Source: Eledone cirrhosa
Lineage: Eukaryota
Direction: 5' to 3'
Assembly: GCA_964016885.1 (NCBI GenBank)
Contig: OZ024741.1
Coordinates: 241,056,001-241,120,000, forward strand
Length of the DNA stretch: 64,000 bases
Shown piece after piece: positions 26,052 through 39,545 of the stretch. Below the pieces are notes generated by a model that was not told the origin of the DNA, did no database searches, and saw only the letters and a program-made list of their open reading frames with translations. Positions within the stretch are counted from its first letter, which is position 1. Every line of letters begins with the position of its first letter. The translations under genes and the position numbers were made by a program.

Positions 26052-26567
26052 CTTAACTATATAGCGAATTAAGGTATATTTACAATTTTTTGACAAAAGT
26101 TGTATATGATAGGGCTTCTTTGAATTATCTCTATATTAACAACATCTGTCAACAAAAAATTGAGCTATGTAGCGTAAAAGATGCAAAATTGATGCAAATC
26201 CTTCAAAGTCAACCTGGTTTATGGAACTATCATTAGTTCACTCTCTATTTGTTGTTTGACAACCTCTTAATTAGACATTAACTGTTTACTATGACAGCAG
26301 ATTAAGTGTTTCAGTGCCACAGTTGAAAAGAGGGTAATAACCCTGAAATATCATATTGAAATATACTGGGTAAAACATTACTTTGTTCTGTTTTATTTGT
26401 CATCATTTGCCCTTTGTATTTTTCTACCGCCTTGTGCCGGTCTTTTTAAAATTATTGTTTTTTTATTATAAATATCTATATCTATATCTATATATCTAGC
26501 TCTCTCTCTATCTCCTTCTCTCTCATGCTCTCTCTCCCCCTCTCTATAAATATATATATAAATATAT

Positions 26568-26920
26568 AATCATCATCACCCTTGTCAATCCTTTTTCCAT
26601 GCTGGTATAGGTGCGATAGGTTATCATATTCTGAGACAAGATAGATCAGACGATCACTATAAATAATAAGTGAAAAAAAATTTGGTAAAGTAAAATTTCA
26701 CAGTGGTGATTACAATCCTATCCATCCATCCATATCCAGTTTTGGTCTTTAAGATGGTGCGGTTGTCCCGTACTCTGAGGTAGGCAACACCAGGCAATAT
26801 CTTACAGCTGCTCTCCATGAATTTCTGTCCATAGTATCGGCATCCACCAAGTTCCATTTATACAAATCACTCTTCATACAGTCCAGCCACGTCTTCCTTG
26901 GTCTGCCGCAATCTCTAATG
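26568..26920 (-). mobile_element. Old RTE 3' fragment
   Basis: Minus strand reads GRPRKTWLDCMKSDL, then a 3'UTR and an ATG-repeat tail. Confidence 0.6.
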
Positions 26921-27035
26921 TAAGTGAAATATATTTCATGCCTGACTTGAATATACAGAAGATGATATGAGAGTTGTAATGAAGAAAATAAGTGGATATA
27001 ATTAAAATCAGAGTGTGTGTGTGGTGTGTGTGTGT

Positions 27036-27300
27036 CATTATCATCGTTACTGTTTTACCTCCATTTTTTCTATGCTTACATAGGTTCAATGGCTCTTTTT
27101 CAGCAGAGCTTCCCTCCACTTACTGCATCCCTTTGTTATTTCCTTTGCCAGGTTCAATATTTTGAGAACCACTTTGGTCCAAGGTTGGAAACCTTGGTCT
27201 TCCTCTACTGCAGCTTCCTTCCTTTGCAAACTCCTGAGACTACTTCATCCAATAATCACAAACCATATATATCACATGTCCATACCAGCACAGTCTTTTC
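27036..27300 (-). mobile_element. Old RTE 3' fragment
   Basis: WYGHV motif at ~27275-27290 and an RTE-like tail. Confidence 0.55.
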
Positions 27301-27464
27301 TCTTATGTTATCAATATGTAAACATGTCTCACATTCTTTCTTTCTTTCTCTTACTTCTTCCCCCTCCTTCTCTCTTAACCCTATTCTCAAAATCTCTCTT
27401 TCTCTCTAGCTCTCTCTCTATATATATGATTGTAAAATACCTTCTCTGAGTATATATATGTGCA

Positions 27465-27620
27465 TGGGTGGTGAATTGGCAAAGTCATTAGAATGTTAGA
27501 TAGGCTACTTTCAGGAATTTGTTCCAGCTCTTTGTGCTCTGAGTTCCAAACTTGCTAAGGTCAACTTTGCCTTTCATCCTTCCAAGGCTGATAAAAAAGT
27601 ACCAATCCAGTACTGGGATT
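27465..27620 (+). mobile_element. Old SINE B copy
   Basis: gggtggtgaattggc..gagttcc..tttgcctttcatcctt. Confidence 0.7.
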
Positions 27621-27989
27621 GATTCTTACTTTATATCTCTTCTTCACTATCAATGATTCTCCTTTTCTTAGCTGTTAGCTGTTTTCAGACCTTGGTGAGA
27701 CGATGGGCTTCACTAGGTTTAAAATGCCCATGACATGCTGTATGTCACTACAGTACCCTTATGACTCCATCAAGAGTTACAAATCCATCCATCCATACAT
27801 GTGCAGATATGTACCTATATAATCATAGTTTATGTTCTTAACATTATTATTATTATTAGACTTATCTTTATTGTGTCTTGTTACTGCATTATTGAGTACA
27901 GCTCTGCCTGCCTTGGGTATGTGCAGAGTTGTTTTTGGTGTTGTTATTTCTATTGCATTGAGAGTACTCTTCATAATATTTGTGCAGTT

Positions 27990-28200
27990 CCTAGTATCAT
28001 TAGAACATCAGATAACATATTTTGCAGCATATAGTTATGACCCTTTATATTCTGAGTTCAAATCTCACCAAGGTTAACTTCACCTTTCATCCTTACGGGG
28101 TTGATAAAATAAAGTACCAGTAATACACTGGAGTTGATTTAACTGACTTTTCTCTCCTCCAAAATAGTTGGCCTTCTGCCTAAATCAGAAACCATAATTA
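27990..28200 (+). mobile_element. SINE B copy
   Basis: B-box and body match the family. Confidence 0.8.
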
Positions 28201-28204
28201 TTGT

Positions 28205-28460
28205 TGTCATCATCATCATAATCATCATTTTTATATTATTTTTTTCATGTTTGCATGAGTTAGTTGGGTCTTCCCCAGCTAAACATCTTTCTAGTCTCTT
28301 TATTTTGACATCTCCTTTTTGAGGTTCAGCAACATGAGATCAACTCAAACCACTTCTGCATGAATTTCTTCAGTCTTCCTTGGCCTAACTTTATGTCATC
28401 ATCCCTTCTACTTTGAACTCCTGGCATTTCTTCACCCAATTATTATCATTTATACACATG
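28205..28460 (-). mobile_element. Very old RTE 3' fragment
   Basis: Similar to the reverse complement of 45660-45900 (ctggcatttcttcacccaat, catgtttgcatg). Confidence 0.45.
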
Positions 28461-29299
28461 ATTATCATTTATACACAAAATTTAATTCTTTTTATATTTC
28501 AGTTTTTCTCAGTGTAGTATGTGTATGTGTGTAGTATACACATGTGTGTAGCAGTTTTTAGTGCAATAATATTTGCAATGAATTGAATACAGTTTGACAT
28601 TGTTGAAATACATAGTAAAATCTTTTTTTAAAGTCACTACAAATCTGTTGTCTTCTCACATAATTACAAGGTTAAATTTGATGATTTGCTTCTTTGATTA
28701 TTCTAGTATGTTCTCAAATTTCATAATGGGTGGAGTTTGAAATTTTTGATGTTGAACCTTCTGCAAACATTCCTTCAGTCTCACCACCTCCTATAACTGC
28801 AGTTGCATAACATGTATTGCAGCCAGCTGATTATAACTGCATGTTTTTGCAGTGTGAAATTTCCTAATTGCATTTGTAGCAAAATATTCTGTCTCCACCT
28901 TATCTAATTGACTTGCACTGAAAAATCAGAAAATGTTTCAAATGTCAGCTTTCAACTAGAATTGAACCTATATTTTCTTCACTGATTGCAGTATTTCATT
29001 TCAGTTTTCATTTTCATTAAAAAATCACTGTGAACAATATGCTGAGTTGAACATGAATAATTATTATTTGATGAATTAATTTGTCAAACAAATGCATATC
29101 ATGCAAAATAGAATTGCCATTTCTCTTTAGTTCTACTTTGTATTGGATATAAATAGCATTTGAATATAGTCTTGTGCTCCATACATAAGACAAAAAGAAC
29201 TGAAAAAACCATGGAAAAAATGGCCAGCCTCTTCTTTTCAGCCAACTTCTGGAAATCTTTATAGTTTCAGTGCATTATATTACATGGGTCCTTTAAACA

Positions 29300-29339
<40 letters not shown>

Positions 29340-29344
<5 letters not shown>

Positions 29345-29521
29345 CGAAGGAAATGTGGTAAGGAACCAGGTGGACCATAACGCACCAAAGTACTCAATAC
29401 TTAGGGTAGTAGAGTGGGTAATAGGAACAAGTAAGACCCCGACGGCTGAGCTCAAGCCGTTTTGACGGCTAATTAGCCGTCGAAACGGCTTAGGCTCAGT
29501 CGTCGGGGTCTTACTTGTTCC

Positions 29522-29524
<3 letters not shown>
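29340..29524 (-). mobile_element. Hammerhead-family fold-back element, medium form with no spacer
   Basis: Tail plus ~50-bp arms centred on ggctaattagcc (~29472). Confidence 0.85.
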
Positions 29525-29562
<38 letters not shown>

Positions 29563-29917
29563 GTATTCATGATTTGTGAAGGATACATATGAGGGGAATA
29601 TATATAATTTTTATCAGGTATCTATATTTGAAATTTTTGTTAAATTTTAATATGATACTGAAATGAAATGTGTTATTATATTCTATACAGATTGTCTCCT
29701 GTTAAAGTTTGATATGTTCTATTGTACATTTATATATATTTAGGTATATATGTATGTGTATGTATGTCATTAACTATTTTGTAATGATTAAATGCTCAGA
29801 TTTATTCTTTGAATTTTTCTTTGAGCTTATTTTGGGAGACAAGACGCATGATCAAGATTATCTAAAACATGACATCTATAACTCTGAATGTAATATATAT
29901 ATATATATATATATATG

Positions 29918-30402
29918 TAGATAAATCTACCAAGAGTTTACGGTAGTGTCCAATCCGTATGAAGAACTCAATGTAATCCGGATATCATGGAAAGAAGAGA
30001 TGCATTCAAAAATCACTTTCGGTGAAAGATAAACGGAATACAGAGTCAAGATAAAATATTAAAAAAATAATGAATAAAACAGTGAAACAGTTCCTTATAT
30101 TAAACAAAAAAAGTTCATTATTTAACGATCGTTTCTAGGACATATATGTGTTAGAATTGGCATGCATATTCAACAGATCTATGTACAAAATTATACAAAA
30201 TTATACAAACTATCAAATTTAATATACATACCAACACATATATATGCCGTCTTCAGAAATAATCTGTATAATTTTGTACATAGATCTGTTGAATATGCAT
30301 GCCAATTCTAACACATATATGTCCTAGAAACGATCGTTAAATAATGAACTTTTTTTGTTTAATATAAGGAACTGTTTCATTGTTTTATTCATTATTTTTT
30401 TA

Positions 30403-30411
<9 letters not shown>
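29918..30411. mobile_element. Fold-back element (arms ~30051-30196 / 30265-30411) with a long-stem-II hammerhead
   Basis: Minus strand 30262-30118: TTATTT-CTGAAGA-cggcatatatatgtgttgg..ctaacacatatatgtccta-GAAA-CGATCG-TT-AAATAA. Confidence 0.75.
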
Positions 30412-30440
<29 letters not shown>

Positions 30441-30445
<5 letters not shown>

Positions 30446-31336
30446 CGAAGGAAGTGTGGTAAGGAACCAGATCCACCATAACACACCAGAGTACTCAATA
30501 CTTAGGGTAGTAGAGTGGGAAATAGGAAAAAGTATGACCTCCGATGGTAGAGCTCAAGCCGTTTCGACGGCTATTTCTGGACTAAATTAGAATTTTTAGC
30601 CTGGTGAATAAATAGCCGAACTTGTCAAGGGGTACTTCCTTATATGGGAAGATTGTAGTTGTCAAAAGGATTGGTTAAAATTTGTTGTAAACACAAATAA
30701 GTCTATCATGGCATTTGGTGAGAGGAAGGGGTGGCTGAACTTGCCTGTAGAACAATAGGGGAGTGAGTGGAGCCGGTCAAGCGTTGAAAGTGATATGTAT
30801 ACAGCAGATTCTAAGGATAGTGTATGAAATGGAGGAGGGAGGTTATAGAATAGGTAATTCGAATGAGAGTAGGAGACAATAAAAGATAATAGAAATAAAT
30901 AAAAAAATATATATAAAATTAGATATTCATTTCTCACTATCTAATTTTATATATTTTTTTTTTCTTTCTTTCTGTTATCTTTTATTGTCTCCTACTCTCA
31001 TTCGAATTACCTATTCTATAACCTCCCTCCTCCATTTCATACACTATCCTTAGAATCTGCTGTATACATATCACTTTCAATGCTTGACCGGCTCCACTCA
31101 CTCCCCTATTGTTCTACAGGCAAGTTCAGCCACCCCTTCCTCTCACCAAATGCCATGATAGACTTATTTGTGTTTACAACAAATTTTGACCAATCCTCTT
31201 AACAACTACAATCTTCCCATATAAGGAAGTACCCCTTGACAAGTTCGGCTATTTATTCACCAGGCTAAAAATTCTAATTTAGTCCAGAAATAGCCGCCGA
31301 AACGGCTTGACCTCTGCCGTCGGGGTCATACTTTTT

Positions 31337-31341
<5 letters not shown>
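30441..31341. mobile_element. Hammerhead-family fold-back element, long form (arms 30522-30925 / 30938-31341, plus ~80-bp tail)
   Basis: ~400-bp near-perfect palindrome with a 12-nt spacer, (TA)n on both sides. Confidence 0.88.
31231..31326 (+). ncRNA. Type I hammerhead with U3-A8 variant core (mirror at 30537-30633, -)
   Basis: ACCCC-TTGACAA-GTTCGGCTATTT..AAATAGCCG(C/T)C-GAAA-CGGC(ttgacctct)GCCG-TC-GGGGT. Confidence 0.7.
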
Positions 31342-31427
<86 letters not shown>

Positions 31428-31429
<2 letters not shown>

Positions 31430-31500
31430 TGTTTCTACTTTTTGCACAAGGCCAGCAAATTATCCAGTACATTACTGGTACTTTATTTTATCGACCCCGT
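31428..31500 (-). mobile_element. SINE B 3' fragment with long (AAT)n
   Basis: Family match. Confidence 0.8.
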
Positions 31501-32077
31501 AATAATGATTAAATGCTCAGATTTATTCTTAGAATTATTCTTTGAGCTTATTTTTTACATATTTAAAACAATTGTGAGAATAATTCTTATTACAGATGGA
31601 ACATAAGATACCAGTCTTAACTCTCAGGAAGTGACAACGCATCACATTATGGCATAGGGCTCCAATATTTAATTTTGTATCAGAAATTTTATAGTCAAAA
31701 AAGAATGGTTACAAACAACTGCCAAATAATTTCAACACCAACACCACCACCGCCGTCGCCGCCGCCAGCACCACTACCACAAACAATTTAGCCAAATACA
31801 AACCAACGGCTGCAGCAACACTATCACTATAGTACTACTATCGCGTCACCACTGCCACCGCTGCATCATCGCTACCACCACTATTCCCTCACTACCTCCT
31901 GTTAATAGAGGGATGGTAGTAGTGCCACTACACATGACTAGAAGCGAGGAAGGCATCAAAAGATATAAATAGACTGGGTTAGTGACCCGGTCAAACAGCT
32001 AACAACAACACCATGTATCTCTAAACTCTCTCAAAATGTTTAGTTTAAACGATGTCATATCTAAACTATAATATAAT

Positions 32078-32172
32078 AATTGTTTCTACGTTAGGAACAA
32101 GGCCAGCAATTACCCAGTGTATTACTGGTACTTTATTTTATCGACCCCGTAAGGATGAAAGGCAAAGTTAAC
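32078..32172 (-). mobile_element. SINE B 3' fragment
   Basis: Family match. Confidence 0.85.
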
Positions 32173-32486
32173 TATAATATAATAATAATAATGATAAGCA
32201 ACAAGCCGAAACAATTATAGAACAGAACACAGACAAAAACAAATGCAACAACAAAAACAAATTTCAAAAGTTTTGAACCCAACAACCCCTACTTCCCTCG
32301 TAGCTAAAATCAAAAACAGCAGCGGCAGCAACAACAACACTAGTAACCGATGTTACGCGCCTTGAAAAACGAAAAACGTAAAGGAAAAAAAACAAAAAAA
32401 AAACTAAGTCAGACATTCAAACATTATAATGAAACTTATGTTTATTTTTTTAAGTTTTTATCTATTTATTTGTTTATTTATTTATG

Positions 32487-35400
32487 TTCGTCTACAGCGT
32501 GATGGTGCCATGCTAAAATAACCGGGGGTGATGTAACCATACATTCACCAATCCTCGATATGAGTGTTTAAATGTCGAACCTAAACAGTTCGAATAACGG
32601 TGAAGAGGAGACTGGAACGTCATGTGACAGACTCTCACCCAGCAGGTGCTCCCTGGCCCAGCAGTAGGGACCTGGCTGTCATCCAAATACTGCTGGTGTT
32701 GGAGGAAGAGGAAGAAGGAAAGGGACCAGAACCAACTGGACAAAAGAATTGAATAGAACTGTCATGGAATGTTACCTGAAGAGTAACCCCAAGGAGAGGG
32801 GCTATAGGAAACGCATGCATAACATCTGGAACAAGATTGGTCTATTTAAATTAGATGAACAAAAATTGGCCCGGCAGGCTCGGGTAATAAGAACTAATGG
32901 ATGGATAAGCGAGCTGGAACTGGAGGAACTGAGCAGAGAGATTAGGTTGGAAATGGAGAGTGGAGTATGTCAGGCAAACGAGCCAGTGGGAAATGAAGGT
33001 GAAAAGGTTGAGAGAACGGAGGAAGCATCTGAAGCAGACAAAGATCTGAATGCTGAAATAAATAACATCTGGAACAAAGATACGGTCATTGAGGAAATGA
33101 ATGCTGACGGGCTAGGACAAGATTTGGTTGATATACTGAACTTAGTGGTAGATGAAATGAACAATGATAGTGGGAGACCTATGAACCTAAGATTTGTAGA
33201 CAGGAAAAAGTTAAAAGAAACAACATCTAAGGTAAACAAAGTCATCCCATACCTTGAGGCGAGGAACCTTCACAATGCAACAATATCCTCAAAGCACAGC
33301 AAATGCGATGAGGAAATTACTTGGCATAAAAACGAGAGGAAACAACAAACAAGAAAGATCAGAACCTTGGTGGAAGAAACGACTGAATGGTCAAATCAAG
33401 GAAATGAGAAATGACATTGGAAAGCTTGAGTCCCTACTGAATGGGACACTACAAAACATAGACACTAAAAATAGACTGGAAAGAAAGTACAAAACTAGGA
33501 GGAAAAAATTAAATATTATCATAGAGGAACTGAGGCAACACATTGTAGCAAAAAGTGCAAAGATTAGATGGTATGAGAGCAGTCAGTATAGACAGAATTG
33601 CATGTTTGACAACAACCAGAAGATGTTGTTTGGACAGCTTCAAGGGAAAGAAAGAGGCAACGACTTGATCCCTGAGGCGGAACAGACTAAGACATTCTGG
33701 AGAGGAATATGGGAGCAGGATGTTGAACATAATGATCAGGCAGTGTGGATTGAGACAGTACAAAAGGAGATTAGTGAACAAGCACACCAACAAACTGATT
33801 TGAGTATCACAGTTGAAACTCTTAAAGGGCAGGCCAAAAAACTAACTAACTGGAAATCACCAGGCCCAGATGGAGTGCAGGGGTATTGGATTAAAAATAT
33901 AACATCCCTCCACCCGAAACTGACTACCATGTTCAATGACTGCTTGATGTCGGGTGAGGTACCAGAGTGGCTGACAAAAGGTACCACAGTTCTGGAAATG
34001 AAAGACCGAATCAAGGGTAATGATGTTACCAACTATAGACCTATCACATGTCTGTCCGTAATGTAGAAACTGTTAACAAGCATTGTGTCTGAGGAAATCT
34101 ACCATCACCTCCACACAAACAACTTGTTACCGGATGAACAGAAAGGATGCCGAAAGAAGTCCCGTGGTATAAAAGACCAGTTACTTATTGATAAGATGGT
34201 AATGAGGAATTGCAAGAAAAGATACTCTGGTCTTGCCATGGGATGGATAGATTACAAAAAGGCATTCGACATAGTACCACATTCTTGGATAACCAAAAGC
34301 CTAGAGATCTTCAAGGTGGCAGATAACATTAGACAGTTGTTGGGCAAAAGAAGAGGGGTAAATCCAGGTACCAACAGGTGAGATGATAAAGGAAATTGAC
34401 ACTGAAAAAGGATACAAATATTTAGGTTGTCTGGAGGCAGATGACAACAAGAACAAAAAAATGAAGAAATTGATAACATCTGAGTACATTAGGAGAGTAA
34501 GGAGTATATTAAAATCACATCTAAATAGTAGGAATGTCATAAGTGCAGTGAATTCCCGAGCTGTGTCTATTATTAGGTACAGTGCGGGAATTCTGAAATG
34601 GAATGTTGCTGAACAAAAAGAAATGGATAGGAAGACTAGGAAGCTATTGACTATCTACAACATGTTCCACAAGAGGAGTGATGTTGATAGACTCTACTTA
34701 AAGAGATCTGAAGGTGGAAGAGGTCTTATCAGCATAGAGGACTGTGTTCAGATGGAGAAAAACAACCTGCACAAATACGTGACTGACAGTAGGGAGCCAA
34801 TGCTCAGAATTGTACTGAAGGAGAGGACAATAGACCAGGGGATGTCCAAGGAGGAAATAACAACAAGGAGGAAGAGCAACCTTCATGAAAAATCTCTTCA
34901 TAGTACCTTCTTTGAGAAAACTGAATTTAGAGATCCACAGACATGGAACTGGTTGAAAAGAGGAGACCTTAAAAAGGCTACAGAAGGAATGCTCATGGCT
35001 GTGCAAGAGCAGGCCCTCAGAACGAAGTGGGTGAAACACCATATTTACAAGGAGGAGGCTAGCCCACTGTGTAGGATCTGTGGAGAGAGAGAGAGAGGAG
35101 ACTGTGGCTCACATTGTATCCGAGTGTAAACACCTAGCCCAGACTCACTATAAAGGCTGGACATGATGTGATGGGCAGGGTGATCCACTGGTACCTATGC
35201 AAAGTAAACAATTTACCACATTCTGAGAAGTGGTATGAGCATAAGCCAGAGTCGGTGATAGAAAACGATCAGGTGAAGGTGCTGTGGGATTTTAGGATAC
35301 AGATGGACAAGAAACTGGAACACAATAGACCTGACCTGGTGGTTTTGGACAAGGAAAAAAGATTGTGCCTGATAGTAGATGTAGCCTGCCCATTTGACAC

Positions 35401-35741
35401 AAGAGTGCAAGAAAAGGAGAGGGAGAAAATTAACCGATACCAGGACTTAAAGTGGGAGGTAAAAAGGATTTGGAACTGCCATGAAGTCAGAGTCGTCCCG
35501 ATTGTCATAGGCGCACTAGATACTATCTCAAAGAGTTTCCAAGGATGGTTAAAGAAAATTAGTCCAGCCCCGCTTTTTGGAACACCTCAAAAGGCATGCT
35601 TGCTGGGAACAGCATGAACCCTCCGATACATCCTGAATATCTGAGGCTGCAGGTAGTGGCTTGATATTCATTTCAACAAACTTTCCAGTTAACTAACATC
35701 AATGACTGAGACTCAAAGAATAATAATAATAATAATAATAA
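32487..35741 (+). mobile_element. R4/Dong-clade non-LTR retrotransposon (RT + RLE endonuclease), degenerate
   Basis: N-terminal MECYLKSNPKERGYRKRM; NWKSPGPDGVQGYW; NYRPITCL; EQKGC; WIDYKKAFDIVPHSW; YKYLG; GGRGL; CRIC..H...C; RPDLV, DVACP, KINRYQDL; (TAA)n tail. Several frameshifts and stops. The 5' boundary is approximate. Confidence 0.93.
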
Positions 35742-36181
35742 AGGACGAGGTGTCAGATCTTCATTACATTTATTGAGGTGTGACATGCGTTTCGCAATTG
35801 ATTGATCAGCTCAAGGCTCCATCTGTATATATATAATATTATATTATATTAAATGTAGTCATCCCAATGCAAAGGACCATCATACTAGTCAATCGCTGTA
35901 AATAATTGTTGAAAAACTCATGTAGAGTACCCTAAGGGATGGGAAAAAAAGTGAACGCAGGTACCCTTGAAGAATCAAACTTGCATTTTTTGTAGATGAC
36001 CCTGTCCACTTTTTTCTATTTCCAGAAGTACTTTATCTGATTTTTCCACTATTATTTATAGTGATCAACTGTTATTATGGTCATTTGCGTTGAGGTGCAT
36101 ACATTTCAAATTACATATGTTCCCAATTCTCCTTAAGTCAAATGGACATATATGTATGTGTGTGTGTCAATATGCTTAAAT

Positions 36182-36216
<35 letters not shown>

Positions 36217-36771
36217 CATATATACACATATATATATATATACATATACACACACGCACAATACTTTTATGAACAATGACAGTGTATGCTACCCCTGCCA
36301 AATATTTAGTCATGCTACATGTGTACATTGTTTTTCTGAATGATGATGATGCTGATGAAGGTAGTGGTGGTGGTGGAGGTGATGGTAGTGGTGATGGAGG
36401 TGGTGGTGGTGGTGGTGGTGAATTATAAGGATTAATGCCAAACTTGTAATTCTTCTTTCAGGTACTTAAGTACAAGTAGAGAAAGTTATGTTTTTATTTT
36501 TCCTCTACTCCTTTGTACCTCCGCCCCGCCCCCCCCCCCCCCCATCGACCATTGACCACTTCTACCAAACCTAAAACCCCAACATATGCTCTTTTCTATA
36601 CCCTCACTAATTTCACCCATAACGCACCAGTCAACATTCGGGATTTGCACAATTTACCTGTTCATTCATCCAATACACAAGATTCTGTTTAAACTAACCA
36701 TCTCCCTCCGCCTAACCATTTCCCTCCGCCTAACCATCGTTCTTCCCACAAACGTTGCTTCCTTGTTATTT

Positions 36772-37325
<554 letters not shown>

Positions 37326-37666
37326 TTCTAAATGTGAGCCAATTTCTTGTGCCTTCATCACCAACTACATTACTTCAGGCAAAACTACTTTCCTCAACAT
37401 TTGCTGTGTCGGGGCAGCAATGTAAACTGGAGAGAGAAAAAAAGAGAACAGTGAAATGGTACTTAATGCAAAACGAAAGTGCAACTAGCTGCAGGTCAGT
37501 TGCCATTTGCTTTCATTTTAATGCATTTTATGCTAAGGTTTGGCACCACCGTTGTCTTTTGAAAAGGCCGTGTCAATCTTTGGTTGACATTTCAAATACA
37601 ACAGCTTCCACTAAGTGTGTGTCTTTTGTCTGTCACACACTGTATTGCTCACACTCTTACATGTAT

Positions 37667-38851
37667 ATGGTGGTGGTGGTGGTGGTGGGGGTGGTGATGG
37701 TGGGGGGGGGGGTTGTGGTGGTGGTGATGGTGATGGTGGTGGTGGTTGTGGTGGTGGTGGTGGTGGTGGTGGTGGTGGTGGTGGTGATGCTGGTGGTGGT
37801 GGTTGTGGTGGTGGTGGTGGTGGTGGTGGTGGTGGTGGTGATGCTGGTGGTGGTGGTGGTGATGGTGGTGGTGGTGGTGGTGGTGATGGTGATGGGGTGG
37901 GGGTGGGGGTGGGGGTGATGGTGGTGGTAGTGGCGGTGGTGGTGGTGATGATGTTGTATGGATAGTAGCAGTATTAGTGGTGGTGGTGATGGTGATGTTT
38001 GTATGGGTAGTAGTGGTAGTGGTGGTGGTGATGTTTGTATGGGTAGTAGTATTAGTGGTAGTGATGGTAGTGATGTGTGTATGGGTAGTAGTAGTATTAG
38101 TGGTGGTGGTGATGGTGGAAACAGTGGTGGTAGTAGTGCTTGTGGTGGTGGTGATCGTGATGTTGTATGGGTAGTAGCAATATTAGTGGTGGTAGTGGTG
38201 GTGATGATGTTGTATGGGTATTAGCAGTAGTAGTAGTGGTGGTGGTGATGATGTTGTATGGGTAGTAGTAGTAGTCGTGGTGGTGGTGATGATGTTGTAT
38301 GGGTAGTAGTAGTAGTAGTGGTGATGGTGATGATGTTGTATGGGTAGTAGTAGTATTAGTAGTGGTGGTGATGATGATGTTGTATGGGTAGTAGTAGTAT
38401 TAGTGGTAGTGGTGATGATGATGATGCTGTATGGGTAGTAGTAGTATTAGTGGTAGTGGTGATGGTGATGATGTTGTATGGGTAGTAGTAGTATTAGTAG
38501 TGGTGGTGATGATGATGTTGTATGGGTAGTAGTAGTATTAGTGGTCGTGGTGATGATGATGATGCTGTATGGGTAGTAGTAGTATTAGTAGTGGTGGTGA
38601 TGATGTTGTATGGGTAGTAGTAATAGTAGTGGTGGTGATGATGATGATGTTGTATGGGTAGTAGTAGTAGTAGTGGTAGTGGTGATGATGATGCTGTATG
38701 GGTAGTAGTAGTATTAGTGGTGGTGATGATGATGTTGTATGGGTAGTAGTAGTAGTGGTGGTGATGATGATGTTGTATGGGTAGTAGTAGTATTAGTGGT
38801 GGTGGTGGTGGTGTTGGTGGTAGTAGTAGTAGTAGTAGTAGTTGTAGTAGC

Positions 38852-38888
<37 letters not shown>

Positions 38889-38949
38889 GCAGTAGCAGTA
38901 GTAGTAGTAGTGGTAGTAGTAGTGGTGGTGGTGGTAGTAGTAGTAGTAA

Positions 38950-38985
<36 letters not shown>

Positions 38986-39044
38986 CGGTGGCGGTTGTGG
39001 TGGTGGTGGTGGTGGTAGTAGTAGTAATAGTAGTGTTTGTGGTG

Positions 39045-39108
<64 letters not shown>

Positions 39109-39154
39109 TGGTAGTAGTAGTGGTAGTAGTAGTAGTAGTAGTAGTTGTAGTAGC

Positions 39155-39225
<71 letters not shown>

Positions 39226-39227
39226 CA

Positions 39228-39294
<67 letters not shown>

Positions 39295-39358
39295 TAGTAG
39301 TGGTAGTAGCAGTGGTGATGGTAGTAGTAGTAGTAGTAGTAGCAGTGGTGGTAGTAGC

Positions 39359-39405
<47 letters not shown>

Positions 39406-39421
39406 CAGTGGTGGTAGTAGC

Positions 39422-39480
<59 letters not shown>

Positions 39481-39482
39481 CA

Positions 39483-39528
<46 letters not shown>

Positions 39529-39545
39529 TAGCAGTGGTGGTGGTA
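37667..39545. repeat. (GGT)n, a ~40-bp gatgttgtatgggtagtagt minisatellite (~37950-38790) and (TAG)n
   Basis: Direct inspection. Confidence 0.95.

Noticed and set aside
28580-29270. Unique-looking stretch, possible decayed coding sequence
   Set aside because: No sustained frame or recognisable motif was found by eye.
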